Virus record (IMG/VR): IMGVR_UViG_3300045988_120717
Strand: one strand, 5' to 3'
From: a virus
DNA: 52,121 bases
The position numbers and the translations under genes were made by a program. Shown here piece after piece: positions 36,540 to 44,937 of this stretch. The notes under the pieces were generated by a model. The model was not told where the DNA came from and ran no database searches. It saw nothing but the letters and a program-made list of their open reading frames with translations. The stretch's first letter is position 1. Each line of letters opens with the position of its first letter.

Positions 36540-36866
36540 TCATTCCTTTCTTGTAGTGCGAGTAGTAAAGTCAGCCGACCAGATGGAAGCATCCGGGCGA
36601 TAAGCGGTTATTAGAAAAAGTTCATCCGGCGTGATGCCGCAAACGACATGGAGTGGTTTGTCATTAATAGTATAGCCTAAAACCAGGCAGCTAGGATAGG
36701 GATAATCGTCGGGATAATCTTCAATGATTTTACCATTGGCAAGAGCTGTTTCAACATCTTCAATGGTTATTCGCCGTTGGATGATGCGCTGCATGAAGTG
36801 TTGTGTGTAACGAAATGCTTTTTTGGCACAATGGTTACGAATCTGAAAAAGCTGTTGACTTTGCAT
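36540..36866 (-). CDS. DUF4258-family toxin.
   Basis: RITIEDVE..NGKIIEDYPDDYPYPSCLVLG...HVVC...ITAYRPD matches the DUF4258 consensus. Confidence 0.6.
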   Translation of the reverse strand: MQSQQLFQIRNHCAKKAFRYTQHFMQRIIQRRITIEDVETALANGKIIEDYPDDYPYPSCLVLGYTINDKPLHVVCGITPDELFLITAYRPDASIWSADFTTRTTRKE

Positions 36867-36875
36867 AATATTCCT

Positions 36876-37094
36876 TTAGTGGTTTATCGCTGGTGTATTG
36901 GTTCTGCCAGTTAGGTAGTCTAATGAGACGTCAAAGAAGTCAGCAAGAGCCAATAGCTTTTGATATGCTGGTTCTCGTTCGCCATATTCATACCGTTGAT
37001 AGCCTAATGCAGACATACCGATAGCTGAGTAAACCTGCTTCTGTGTAAGATTTCGATTAGTTCTAAGTTCTTTTAATCGCGTAGAAAAATTCAT
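36876..37094 (-). CDS. XRE helix-turn-helix regulator, copy B of the minus-strand paralogue.
   Basis: Paralogue of 34874..35092. It lies 9 nt upstream of the toxin gene. Confidence 0.55.
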   Translation of the reverse strand: MNFSTRLKELRTNRNLTQKQVYSAIGMSALGYQRYEYGEREPAYQKLLALADFFDVSLDYLTGRTNTPAINH

Positions 37095-37188
37095 TGTAAC
37101 ACCACCTTGACGTTACCAAATGGTAGTGATATATTATAAGTATAAACATTACCGTTTGGTAGTGTTAAATATAGAAAGAGAGGAGAGC

Positions 37189-37407
37189 ATGAAAACAGAT
37201 AAAAAATTCAAAGCCCTTATGCAAGGGCTGCGTCAGCAAGCAGGATTATCACAAAAAGAACTTGCTGAGAAAGCTGGTGTTTCAGGATTGACATACCAGC
37301 GTTATGAGTATGGCGACAGAGTGCCAGATGCACGGACGGCAACCCGTATCGCAAAGGCACTTGGAGCCACGGTAGAAGAATTGTGGGGCAGCAGCCTCAC
37401 AGCATAA
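37189..37407 (+). CDS. XRE helix-turn-helix regulator, copy B of the plus-strand paralogue.
   Basis: Paralogue of 35196..35399. Its leader is nearly identical. Preceded by TTGACG, 17 bp, then TATATT. Confidence 0.55.
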   Translation: MKTDKKFKALMQGLRQQAGLSQKELAEKAGVSGLTYQRYEYGDRVPDARTATRIAKALGATVEELWGSSLTA

Positions 37408-37417
37408 ATGAAAGTAG

Positions 37418-37693
37418 ATGAGAAAAATGATTGAGACTGAAATTAACAAAATCCTTGAAAAGCATTTGCAGCTGCTTTGCGAGAAAAGCAAAGGTTCATC
37501 CGTTGATGAGCTTTGCAAACTAAGTGAGCAGATAAGAGCTATCGGTCAGCTTCTTTTGTGGCAAAACCAATCTTTCTACGAGGCTTCGACAAATCATCCA
37601 TACGTGGTACAGCTACCAGTAAAAGATTTAGTTGACTTGTATGCTGCAAGAGCTCAACTTTTGCACCGTCGGGGCCAGTCCCGTAGAACGTAA
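37418..37693 (+). CDS. Hypothetical protein. It overlaps a convergent gene.
   Basis: Weak RBS. There is a 155-nt overlap with 37539..37940 on the opposite strand. Confidence 0.25.
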   Translation: MRKMIETEINKILEKHLQLLCEKSKGSSVDELCKLSEQIRAIGQLLLWQNQSFYEASTNHPYVVQLPVKDLVDLYAARAQLLHRRGQSRRT

Positions 37694-37940
37694 TCATGTC
37701 GGGATTCCAATAGCCAACATCGTCAATGCAGAATGTGTACCCGTTGGCGGATGCAACAAAACGTCCTCCAGCCTGCATATTATCAGGGATAGATTCCTCA
37801 AACTCATTTATCTTTTTCACAATACGCTCATACATCCATTTGGCGTGAGTTGGCTCGTCTAAGTCAGGGATAGACACAAGTGATGGGGGAATAGCACTCA
37901 GATTATCCACCACATCATGGATTGAAGTCATAATTACCAC
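37539..37940 (-). CDS. Hypothetical protein of 133 aa.
   Basis: Strong RBS (AGAGGTGG). It is divergent from the HTH gene at 38016. Confidence 0.5.
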   Translation of the reverse strand: MVIMTSIHDVVDNLSAIPPSLVSIPDLDEPTHAKWMYERIVKKINEFEESIPDNMQAGGRFVASANGYTFCIDDVGYWNPDMITFYGTGPDGAKVELLQHTSQLNLLLVAVPRMDDLSKPRRKIGFATKEADR

Positions 37941-38015
37941 CTCTTATGTAAAGTTTACCATGAGAAGGGCAAGTAATCAAATATATTTACCTAATATTGC
38001 AGGAGATAAAAGTAA

Positions 38016-38198
38016 TTGAAATTTTCAGAGTTTCTACGGAAAGCGCGGGGCGGCATGACGCTGTACGAGCTTTCCAAACGTACCGGTATCACTGCCCAGC
38101 AGCTCGCAAATTATGAGAGCGGGCGCAGCCAAGCAACCATCAAGAAGGCTGCACAGATATGCAGGGCATTAAACGTTACATTTACGATTGGTGCATGA
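38016..38198 (+). CDS. Small XRE helix-turn-helix protein.
   Basis: TTG start after AGGAGATAAAAGTAA. The HTH segment is MTLYELSKRTGITAQQLANYESG. Confidence 0.5.
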   Translation: MKFSEFLRKARGGMTLYELSKRTGITAQQLANYESGRSQATIKKAAQICRALNVTFTIGA

Positions 38199-38223
38199 GT
38201 TAGCCATTATAGGAGGGAAACTA

Positions 38224-38538
38224 ATGGACGTAAATATGCAGAACTTGTCAGAGCTGGTTCACATGGGCCATCAGCTACAGGATATGCTAGAAAAGAATCC
38301 GCAGGTACTTGAGTACCTGAGATTAGCTAAGGAAACAGGCGGCCACACTGTTATGGCGCCGGTTAAAGTTGACAAATTAATCGAAGCTAAGGAAGCTGCT
38401 GAGATTTTAAAGGTCCCGGTTGGCAGAATCGGGGAGTATGTCAAATCAGGATTGTTACAGGCATACGTGACACCACCTACTACAAATAGAAAGTTCTGGG
38501 TAAGTGATGTTCTAGCAATTCCAAAGAAGGTAGCGTAA
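38224..38538 (+). CDS. DNA-binding protein with an excisionase or MerR-type (HTH_17-like) C-terminal helix-turn-helix.
   Basis: RBS is AGGAGGGAAACTA. The C-terminal segment is AAEILKVPVGRIGEYVKSGLL. Confidence 0.35.
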   Translation: MDVNMQNLSELVHMGHQLQDMLEKNPQVLEYLRLAKETGGHTVMAPVKVDKLIEAKEAAEILKVPVGRIGEYVKSGLLQAYVTPPTTNRKFWVSDVLAIPKKVA

Positions 38539-38865
38539 ATGAAACCAAGCAGAGAGGATTACTTAAAATATCTACGCCGGCAGGAAGATTATAGACAATA
38601 CGGAGAGCTTATATGCAAGCTCCCGCAAGCGTTAAAGCTACTAGCGCAAGTCGTAGCGATATGGGCCGTAGCCTTTGTTGTGGCTGGCCTTATAAAACCG
38701 TAAAGGAAGGTGCTGTAAATTGAAAGAGTTTGCAAGCAATTGTTTAGAAGAATTAAAAGAATTACCGTTTTTCACACCATTGGGATGGTTAGTAATGTTT
38801 AGTCTCATGTTTTTAGTAACATTCCTTGTTACATTTATCTACTGTATTTAAATTAGGAGGAAATT

Positions 38866-39816
38866 ATGAATTGCGAGTTAGTAATGACTTTTAAAGAAAT
38901 GGAAACCAGCAATGATAACTGGTTGAAACTTAGAAAAGCTGGCATAGGCGGGAGTGATGCCGCTGCAATTCTTGGCATGACGCCTTGGAAAAGCCCATAT
39001 CAGTTGTGGCTTGAAAAGACTGGCGAGGTTGAAGCCGAGGACATCAGCACTAAAGAGGTGGTCCATTTCGGGCACGTCCTCGAACAGGTAGTTGCTGATG
39101 AGTTTTGCCAGCGGGCGGATAAGCTGGTTAGGCGGTGCGGAGTTTACCGCATGAAGGATTATCCATTCATTCAAGGAAGTTTTGACCGTCTGCTTGTTGG
39201 TGAGGATGCAGGGCTTGAGTGCAAGACTACTAACAGCTTTGCACGTACTGAATGGGATGAGGGTAAAATCCCGCCCGCTTATTATGTGCAGTGCCAGCAT
39301 TACATGATGGTATCAGGTTTACCGCGCTGGTATATAGCCTGTCTCGTTGGTGGTAATCACTTCGTCATGCATACTATTGAGCGTGATGAAGAGGATATAA
39401 AAGCACTGCTGAAAGCGGAAGTCGATTTTTGGCACAAGGTTGAAAATCATATCATGCCAGAGGTTGACGGCTCAACATCCTGCAAAGAGGCGTTGAGCCG
39501 TAAGTACCCTGGCGGGAACAAAGAAACAATTGTGCTGCCAAGCGATTCCGTGAAGCTTTTAAACCGGCTTGATGAGCTGAAAGAAAGCGAAAAATCAATC
39601 AAGGGGCAGATTGCAGAGATACAAAACAAATTCTGCTCCATGCTGGGTGATTATGAAATCGGAACCGTTGGCGACGATGAGGACGCCCGCACAGTCAAGT
39701 GGCAGACAGTTGCCGGACGGGTAACTGTCGATACAAAACGGCTGAAAAAAGAACAGCCAGATATATTTGCAAAGTACAGCAAGCAGGGTAAACCAACCCG
39801 CAGATTCAGCATTTAA
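38866..39816 (+). CDS. YqaJ-like recombination exonuclease of the PD-(D/E)xK fold.
   Basis: The N-terminal motif WLKLRKAGIGGSDAAAILG is typical of YqaJ-like exonucleases. Confidence 0.7.
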   Translation: MNCELVMTFKEMETSNDNWLKLRKAGIGGSDAAAILGMTPWKSPYQLWLEKTGEVEAEDISTKEVVHFGHVLEQVVADEFCQRADKLVRRCGVYRMKDYPFIQGSFDRLLVGEDAGLECKTTNSFARTEWDEGKIPPAYYVQCQHYMMVSGLPRWYIACLVGGNHFVMHTIERDEEDIKALLKAEVDFWHKVENHIMPEVDGSTSCKEALSRKYPGGNKETIVLPSDSVKLLNRLDELKESEKSIKGQIAEIQNKFCSMLGDYEIGTVGDDEDARTVKWQTVAGRVTVDTKRLKKEQPDIFAKYSKQGKPTRRFSI

Positions 39817-39861
39817 TTTAATTAAATTTTTCATACAGAATACAGAAAGGAAGTATTTTAA

Positions 39862-40767
39862 ATGGCAACAGTAAAAGGCGGATTAATCAAAAAACAGGCA
39901 GCAGTACAGACAGAGGCAGGGAACGGAGTACGTTCTATTAAAGATTTGGTAGTTCAGATGGGACCGCAGATTGCTAAAGCGCTGCCAACGGTCCTTACTC
40001 CGGAACGCTTTACAAGAATGGTTCTTACGGCGATGAGTACCAATCCACAGCTTCAGCAATGCACGCCAAATAGCTTCCTTGGTGCCATGATGCAGGCAGC
40101 CCAGCTAGGTGTTGAACCTAACACACCGCTGGGGCAGGCATACCTCATCCCGTACCGTAATCATGGGAATTTAGAGGCCCAATTTCAATTGGGCTACAAG
40201 GGCCTTATAGACCTTGCTTACAGGTCCGGCGAAATAACAGATATTTCAGCTCACGAAGTTTATGAAAATGACAACTTTGAATATGAGCTTGGTTTAACAC
40301 CGAAACTTAAGCATATCCCAGCGCTTGAAAACCGCGGAAACGTAATTTTATATTATGCCGTTTATCACACTAAAAACGGCGGCTACGGGTTCGAGGTTAT
40401 GAGCCAAGATGATATCAATAAGCATAAGAATAAATTCAGTAAAGCTGCAAATAGCAGCTACTCACCGTGGTCAACAAATTATGATGAAATGGCCAAGAAA
40501 ACAGTTATCAAAAAACTGTTAAAATATGCCCCGATTAAAACTGAGTTTGTGCGGGCAATGGCGCAGGATGAAACCATCAAAACGTCAATAAGTGATAGTA
40601 TGGCAGATGAGCCGGATATTACTACAATTGACGCGGAAAATGCGCAGGAAATACCGCCAAATGTTGACCGTGAAACCGGCGAAATAAAGACAGAACCTAT
40701 TCCAAATGAACCAGGGCACAAAGTTACCAAAGAGGAATTAAATAAGGCAACTGACCCTTTGTTTTAA
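39862..40767 (+). CDS. recT: RecT-family single-strand annealing protein.
   Basis: Typical RecT core, lying directly downstream of the exonuclease gene. Confidence 0.75.
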   Translation: MATVKGGLIKKQAAVQTEAGNGVRSIKDLVVQMGPQIAKALPTVLTPERFTRMVLTAMSTNPQLQQCTPNSFLGAMMQAAQLGVEPNTPLGQAYLIPYRNHGNLEAQFQLGYKGLIDLAYRSGEITDISAHEVYENDNFEYELGLTPKLKHIPALENRGNVILYYAVYHTKNGGYGFEVMSQDDINKHKNKFSKAANSSYSPWSTNYDEMAKKTVIKKLLKYAPIKTEFVRAMAQDETIKTSISDSMADEPDITTIDAENAQEIPPNVDRETGEIKTEPIPNEPGHKVTKEELNKATDPLF

Positions 40768-40842
40768 AACTAAAAAAGGCTTTAAAAATTGCGGGCGGAA
40801 ATTAATAAAACCGCCTGCAAAAATAAAGCCGAAGGAGGAAAC

Positions 40843-41694
40843 ATGGCAGAAAGAAGAATGATGGCAAAATCAGTAATTGAGACTGACGTTTTCATGGACA
40901 TGCCTATGAGCACACAGTGCCTTTATTTTCACCTGCTTTTGCGGGCGGATGATGATGGCTTTATCACATCACCAAAAAGAATTATGCGTGAAATTGGCTG
41001 TCATGATGATGATATGAAGCTGCTGGTTGCTAAGAGCTATATCATCCCTTTTGACTCGGGGGTTATTGTAATAAAGCACTGGAAAATACACAATTTCATC
41101 AGGACAGACCGATACAAGCCAACTCATTGTGATGAATTTGCACGAATTGAGCTGAACAAACGAAAAGTTTATGAGCTTAAGGCGCCAGCAACTGCGGGGG
41201 ATTCAAGTGCTGGTATGACATCTGGTATACCAAGTGACATACCAGCGGTAGACATAGGTAAGGTTAGGTTAGGTAAGGTTAGGTTAGGTAAGGTTAGGTT
41301 AGATGCTGCTGCTACTGATACACCATCTTCAGGAGAATGTCAAGAAAAAGTTCAAGATTTATACGATGGTGATCGCGGTGAAGTCGTAACGGCCTTTTGC
41401 GATAATCTGCAACCTTTCGCGGGAAATCTTGTTTTAGAGCAGCTGAACGATGTTTATGACCGATACGGGAAACAATGGTGCCTTGCGGCAATCAAAGAAG
41501 CCGCTGTTAATGGCGGCAGGTCAATCCAGTACGTCATCAAGGTGCTGGAACGCTGGGAGCGTGAGGGGTTCAAGAGCAGTCGAAAAAAGCATAGGCAAGC
41601 TAATCAAGCTGATGCAGATGAGCTTTATAAGCAGGGCATGGCAGCACTAAAAGAAATGGGGATGATGGAAGATGGACAAGACAAGCAAGTATGA
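40843..41694 (+). CDS. Replisome organiser: an N-terminal phage replication-organiser domain with a DnaD-like C-terminal domain.
   Basis: RBS is GAAGGAGG. The C-terminal DnaD-like segment (AIKEAAVNGGRSIQYVIKVLERWEREG) resembles DnaD. Confidence 0.6.
   Translation: MAERRMMAKSVIETDVFMDMPMSTQCLYFHLLLRADDDGFITSPKRIMREIGCHDDDMKLLVAKSYIIPFDSGVIVIKHWKIHNFIRTDRYKPTHCDEFARIELNKRKVYELKAPATAGDSSAGMTSGIPSDIPAVDIGKVRLGKVRLGKVRLDAAATDTPSSGECQEKVQDLYDGDRGEVVTAFCDNLQPFAGNLVLEQLNDVYDRYGKQWCLAAIKEAAVNGGRSIQYVIKVLERWEREGFKSSRKKHRQANQADADELYKQGMAALKEMGMMEDGQDKQV
41258..41302 (+). repeat. 15-bp tandem repeat, three copies, encoding a (GKVRL)n linker.
   Basis: GGTAAGGTTAGGTTA is repeated three times. Confidence 0.8.
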
Positions 41695-42229
41695 GGCAGT
41701 GATGAAACTCTTGACGCTGGTAAACAAGGCATATCCGTACTCAAAAGCTGACGGAGCGACATTCGCCCTTTATGCCAAAGCACTTGAGCCTCTAAGCTAT
41801 GAGGAAATCAATGCCGGTATTACCAAATGTCTGCGCAAGTGCAAGTTCTTCCCAACGGTAGCAGAAATCTTTGAAGCAGCCGAAAGCATAAAAAAGACAG
41901 CAGCAAGCAACGGAAAGCCGGATGCAGGCGAAGCGTGGCGGGAAGCAATGGAAAATGCGAAGCGCAATGGAGACTACCGGCCGTGGCAGTACTCATGCCC
42001 AGAGATAGCGATAGCAGTAAAGCGTTTTGGCAAGATGGATTTACTCACGCTGAAAAGTGACGCGGTAAACACGGCCAGGGCGCAGTTCATGAAAATCTAT
42101 AACAGTGAGCTGGAACGGGAAGCAGAACGGAAAGAAAATAAAAAAATCCTTGACCAGCTGGGAGCAAAAAGTGTGCAGTCACTCATAAACGCAACCGCCC
42201 AAAAGCTGGCATTAGGAACGAGGCGATAA
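41672..42229 (+). CDS. G39P-like replicative helicase loader.
   Basis: AYPYSK...YEEINAGI...KFFPTVAEI resembles the loader-and-inhibitor-of-G40P family. The start is uncertain and may be at 41702. Confidence 0.4.
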   Translation: MDKTSKYEAVMKLLTLVNKAYPYSKADGATFALYAKALEPLSYEEINAGITKCLRKCKFFPTVAEIFEAAESIKKTAASNGKPDAGEAWREAMENAKRNGDYRPWQYSCPEIAIAVKRFGKMDLLTLKSDAVNTARAQFMKIYNSELEREAERKENKKILDQLGAKSVQSLINATAQKLALGTRR

Positions 42230-42234
42230 GAAGC

Positions 42235-42747
42235 GTGCGGATAGACAAAATAAACGAGTACAAAATAACGGTATACGGCCAGCCGGCGACCAAGAAAAAC
42301 AGCTCTGTGATGATAGCAAGAAGGGCGGAGATACTTCCAAGCAAAGCATATCGGGAGTATGCGAAAGTGTTCAGGTTACACCTCATGAAGGCTCGTAACC
42401 TGCCACACTTCATAGGACCGGTAGCACTTGAAGTAAAGTATTATCTCAAGAACCGGGCGCATTATCCGGATTTAAACGGGCTGATACAGGCCACACAGGA
42501 CTTAATAAGCGATGAATACGCTTTGATGCCGGATATAGCTACAGGCAAGCGTAAAAAACAGCTGGCTAAAAAATGGCTGCTGGCGGATGACAGACTGGTA
42601 AAGTCGCTTGATGGTTGCCGGATAGCGGGAATAGACAAAGAAAATCCGCGGGCGGAAATCACGCTGCGGGCGCTTGATGTGGACCTGAAAACTGAAACTG
42701 ACCCGCAAATCAAGAAAATGTGCCAAGAGTTGGTAAGTAAAAAATAA
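42235..42747 (+). CDS. Divergent RusA-like protein.
   Basis: YPDLNGLIQATQDLISD...LLADDRLV...RAEITLRAL resembles RusA but carries an insertion. Confidence 0.3.
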   Translation: MRIDKINEYKITVYGQPATKKNSSVMIARRAEILPSKAYREYAKVFRLHLMKARNLPHFIGPVALEVKYYLKNRAHYPDLNGLIQATQDLISDEYALMPDIATGKRKKQLAKKWLLADDRLVKSLDGCRIAGIDKENPRAEITLRALDVDLKTETDPQIKKMCQELVSKK

Positions 42748-42874
42748 GCCATTTAAGGCGTTTAAAAATAACTATGCATATATAACTATGGGCAATGCAT
42801 GAATTTTTGATTGTGGCGAACGCTAGGCGCATTAAAATTGATTTTAAAGAAAACGAAAAGGTGGTATTTTTAGC

Positions 42875-43066
42875 ATGACTATAAAGCATGACATGAAATT
42901 GTCCGAAATCGAGGCAAAAATAACCGAGGTGCAGCGGAAAAGACGGCAGGTGATGAACCAGTACAAAGCTGGCGAAATGACCATGCGGGATTTAAAAGGC
43001 AGGCTGAAGGGACTGAATCTCAGTCTTAAAGAGCTGGAAAAACAGCAGAAAAAAGCCAAGCATTAA
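42875..43066 (+). CDS. Small coiled-coil protein.
   Basis: 63 aa. Confidence 0.3.
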   Translation: MTIKHDMKLSEIEAKITEVQRKRRQVMNQYKAGEMTMRDLKGRLKGLNLSLKELEKQQKKAKH

Positions 43067-43215
43067 AGCAAAAATAAAAGTGAAAAGAGGTAAAAAATGG
43101 GGAATTTTAAACGCAAAACTAACAGGAAAAATATCAAGCAAGTTAAGCGTAATATGAGATGTAAAAATAGACTATGAAAATGAGTTAAAAATTATTTTAA
43201 ACAGGGGGCAAAATA

Positions 43216-43695
43216 ATGCTAAATTCAACTAGAATTTTGAACGTAAAAATACAGGAAACATCAAAAGGCAAAGTTATTTTAATCGGGTGGGAAACTAAAG
43301 GTGAAAACGGCTGGGAGCGTCAGACAATTAAAAGCAAAGATACTCCACGCCCTGAGCTTTATAATGTCATGCGGGCTATGGGATTACATGCATTGAAGAT
43401 GTGCGAATTGGAACATAAACAGGCAGATTTATCTACGAACTGGCAAGCAGACGAAGTTACTATAAAATATAGCGATGGTGTTAGTTCAAGACGTGGTGTA
43501 AAAATAAAAGTATCAATCCCCGTCAATGGGGGGTACATTTTCAAATTCAAGACACCAACTTGGCTAATAACTAACGATGATAATAAATTACAAACGGATA
43601 TTGATTTACTGACAGACGAAGCCATGCGCTACATTAATGGCGACAGGGCACAAAGCACATTGGATTTAGAAGTTATCGGGGGAACGGAAGCATGA
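43216..43695 (+). CDS. Hypothetical protein.
   Basis: 159 aa. RBS is AACAGGGGGCAAAATA. Confidence 0.45.
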   Translation: MLNSTRILNVKIQETSKGKVILIGWETKGENGWERQTIKSKDTPRPELYNVMRAMGLHALKMCELEHKQADLSTNWQADEVTIKYSDGVSSRRGVKIKVSIPVNGGYIFKFKTPTWLITNDDNKLQTDIDLLTDEAMRYINGDRAQSTLDLEVIGGTEA

Positions 43696-43955
43696 ACATT
43701 TCAGGGTTATGGAAGTATGAAGATGAACGGAAAAAGAGAATAAGTGCAGAGCAGGAATTAGTTGTAGTCAAGGCGACCGCAACACAGCTGACGCACGATA
43801 ATGATGAGCTTTATCGCAAGGTTTTACGGCTGGAAAATGAAAAAGAAAAACTTGAAAAATCAATCGAAAAAATGAAACCAATTGTTCAGCGTCAATTATT
43901 TTTGGAATGTGGTTTGTTATATACAGATAAAGAAAAGAGAGTGCCTGAAAAATGA
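43692..43955 (+). CDS. Hypothetical coiled-coil protein.
   Basis: 87 aa, with an overlapping start. Confidence 0.4.
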   Translation: MNISGLWKYEDERKKRISAEQELVVVKATATQLTHDNDELYRKVLRLENEKEKLEKSIEKMKPIVQRQLFLECGLLYTDKEKRVPEK

Positions 43956-44380
43956 GCAGTTTAATCGTAAGAATAAAACCTAAAACAAGACAAGAAACTT
44001 GTGGGAATATTTCATATGAAGAAGCAAAAGCCATGTACGAAAAAGGGTTAGCACTTCAAAGAGAATGTGCGGTTTTATGCGGCATGTCGGTCGGCGGTTT
44101 TCATAACCGGCTAAGGAATGACGGCATATTAAGTAAAGTAGTTAAAAGTCGCCGTGAATTTGCACGGGAAGGGCTAGGGATAATTTCAGAGGAAAGGAAG
44201 CGGGCAGAACTCAAGATGAAAAAATATCATGCAAACAGCAGGCTGACAGAGAAAGCTGCAAAGGCAAGGGAGCTTGGTATGTCGTATGGGCAGTATTCAG
44301 CAATGCTGAGAATGAGAGAGAAAAAAGTAACGCCGTTAAAACCGGCGAAAGCAGGTGACAATAGTTGGTTGATGGATTAG
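43952..44380 (+). CDS. Hypothetical helix-turn-helix protein.
   Basis: 142 aa. It contains an HTH-like segment (ECAVLCGMSVGGFHNRL). Confidence 0.4.
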   Translation: MSSLIVRIKPKTRQETCGNISYEEAKAMYEKGLALQRECAVLCGMSVGGFHNRLRNDGILSKVVKSRREFAREGLGIISEERKRAELKMKKYHANSRLTEKAAKARELGMSYGQYSAMLRMREKKVTPLKPAKAGDNSWLMD

Positions 44381-44592
44381 GTAGGTATTGCGATATATGC
44401 AATTCGATGAAAGATGTAAAGCATTATCACAGCGTTGATTTAGATATTTGTGATAAATGCTTACCGTATTTTAAGGATATGCTAGACAGGTGGAATAACA
44501 ATGAACCGATACAGAGTAATAGTAAATGGAGACCCCATACCGCAGGACAGACCAAGGCTGACAACAAATCAGGGGCATGCAAGAGCGTATGA
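44365..44592 (+). CDS. Small zinc-finger protein.
   Basis: TTG start. The sequence CDICNS...CDKC has a zinc-finger pattern. It overlaps the RusA start by 90 nt. Confidence 0.2.
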   Translation: MVDGLGRYCDICNSMKDVKHYHSVDLDICDKCLPYFKDMLDRWNNNEPIQSNSKWRPHTAGQTKADNKSGACKSV

Positions 44593-44920
44593 CCCTGATA
44601 AGAGCAGGAATTATAAGCAGCTAATAAAGCTTATGGCACAACAACATGCGCCTGATGAGCCGACTAAGAATCCAGTGATACTGTCAGTCTTGATTTACCG
44701 CAAGATACCGAAGTCATTTTCAAAGAAAAAGCGGGAACAGATAGATATGGGCTTACTGAGACCAACGACAAAGCCTGACGTATCTAACGTGATAAAAGGC
44801 GTTGAGGACGCACTTAATGGGGTATGGTACAAAGACGACAGTCAGATAGTAGCTTATGGCAAAGTCGGAAAGTGGTATTCAGATACGCCGAGAGTAGAAA
44901 TTACTATGGAGGTTTTATAG
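44501..44920 (+). CDS. rusA: RusA Holliday-junction resolvase.
   Basis: DRPRLTT...KPDVSNVIKGVEDALNGVWYKDDSQIV...PRVEITMEV matches the RusA consensus. Confidence 0.75.
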   Translation: MNRYRVIVNGDPIPQDRPRLTTNQGHARAYDPDKSRNYKQLIKLMAQQHAPDEPTKNPVILSVLIYRKIPKSFSKKKREQIDMGLLRPTTKPDVSNVIKGVEDALNGVWYKDDSQIVAYGKVGKWYSDTPRVEITMEVL

Positions 44921-44937
44921 TTGGTGGAGGGAGTTAA

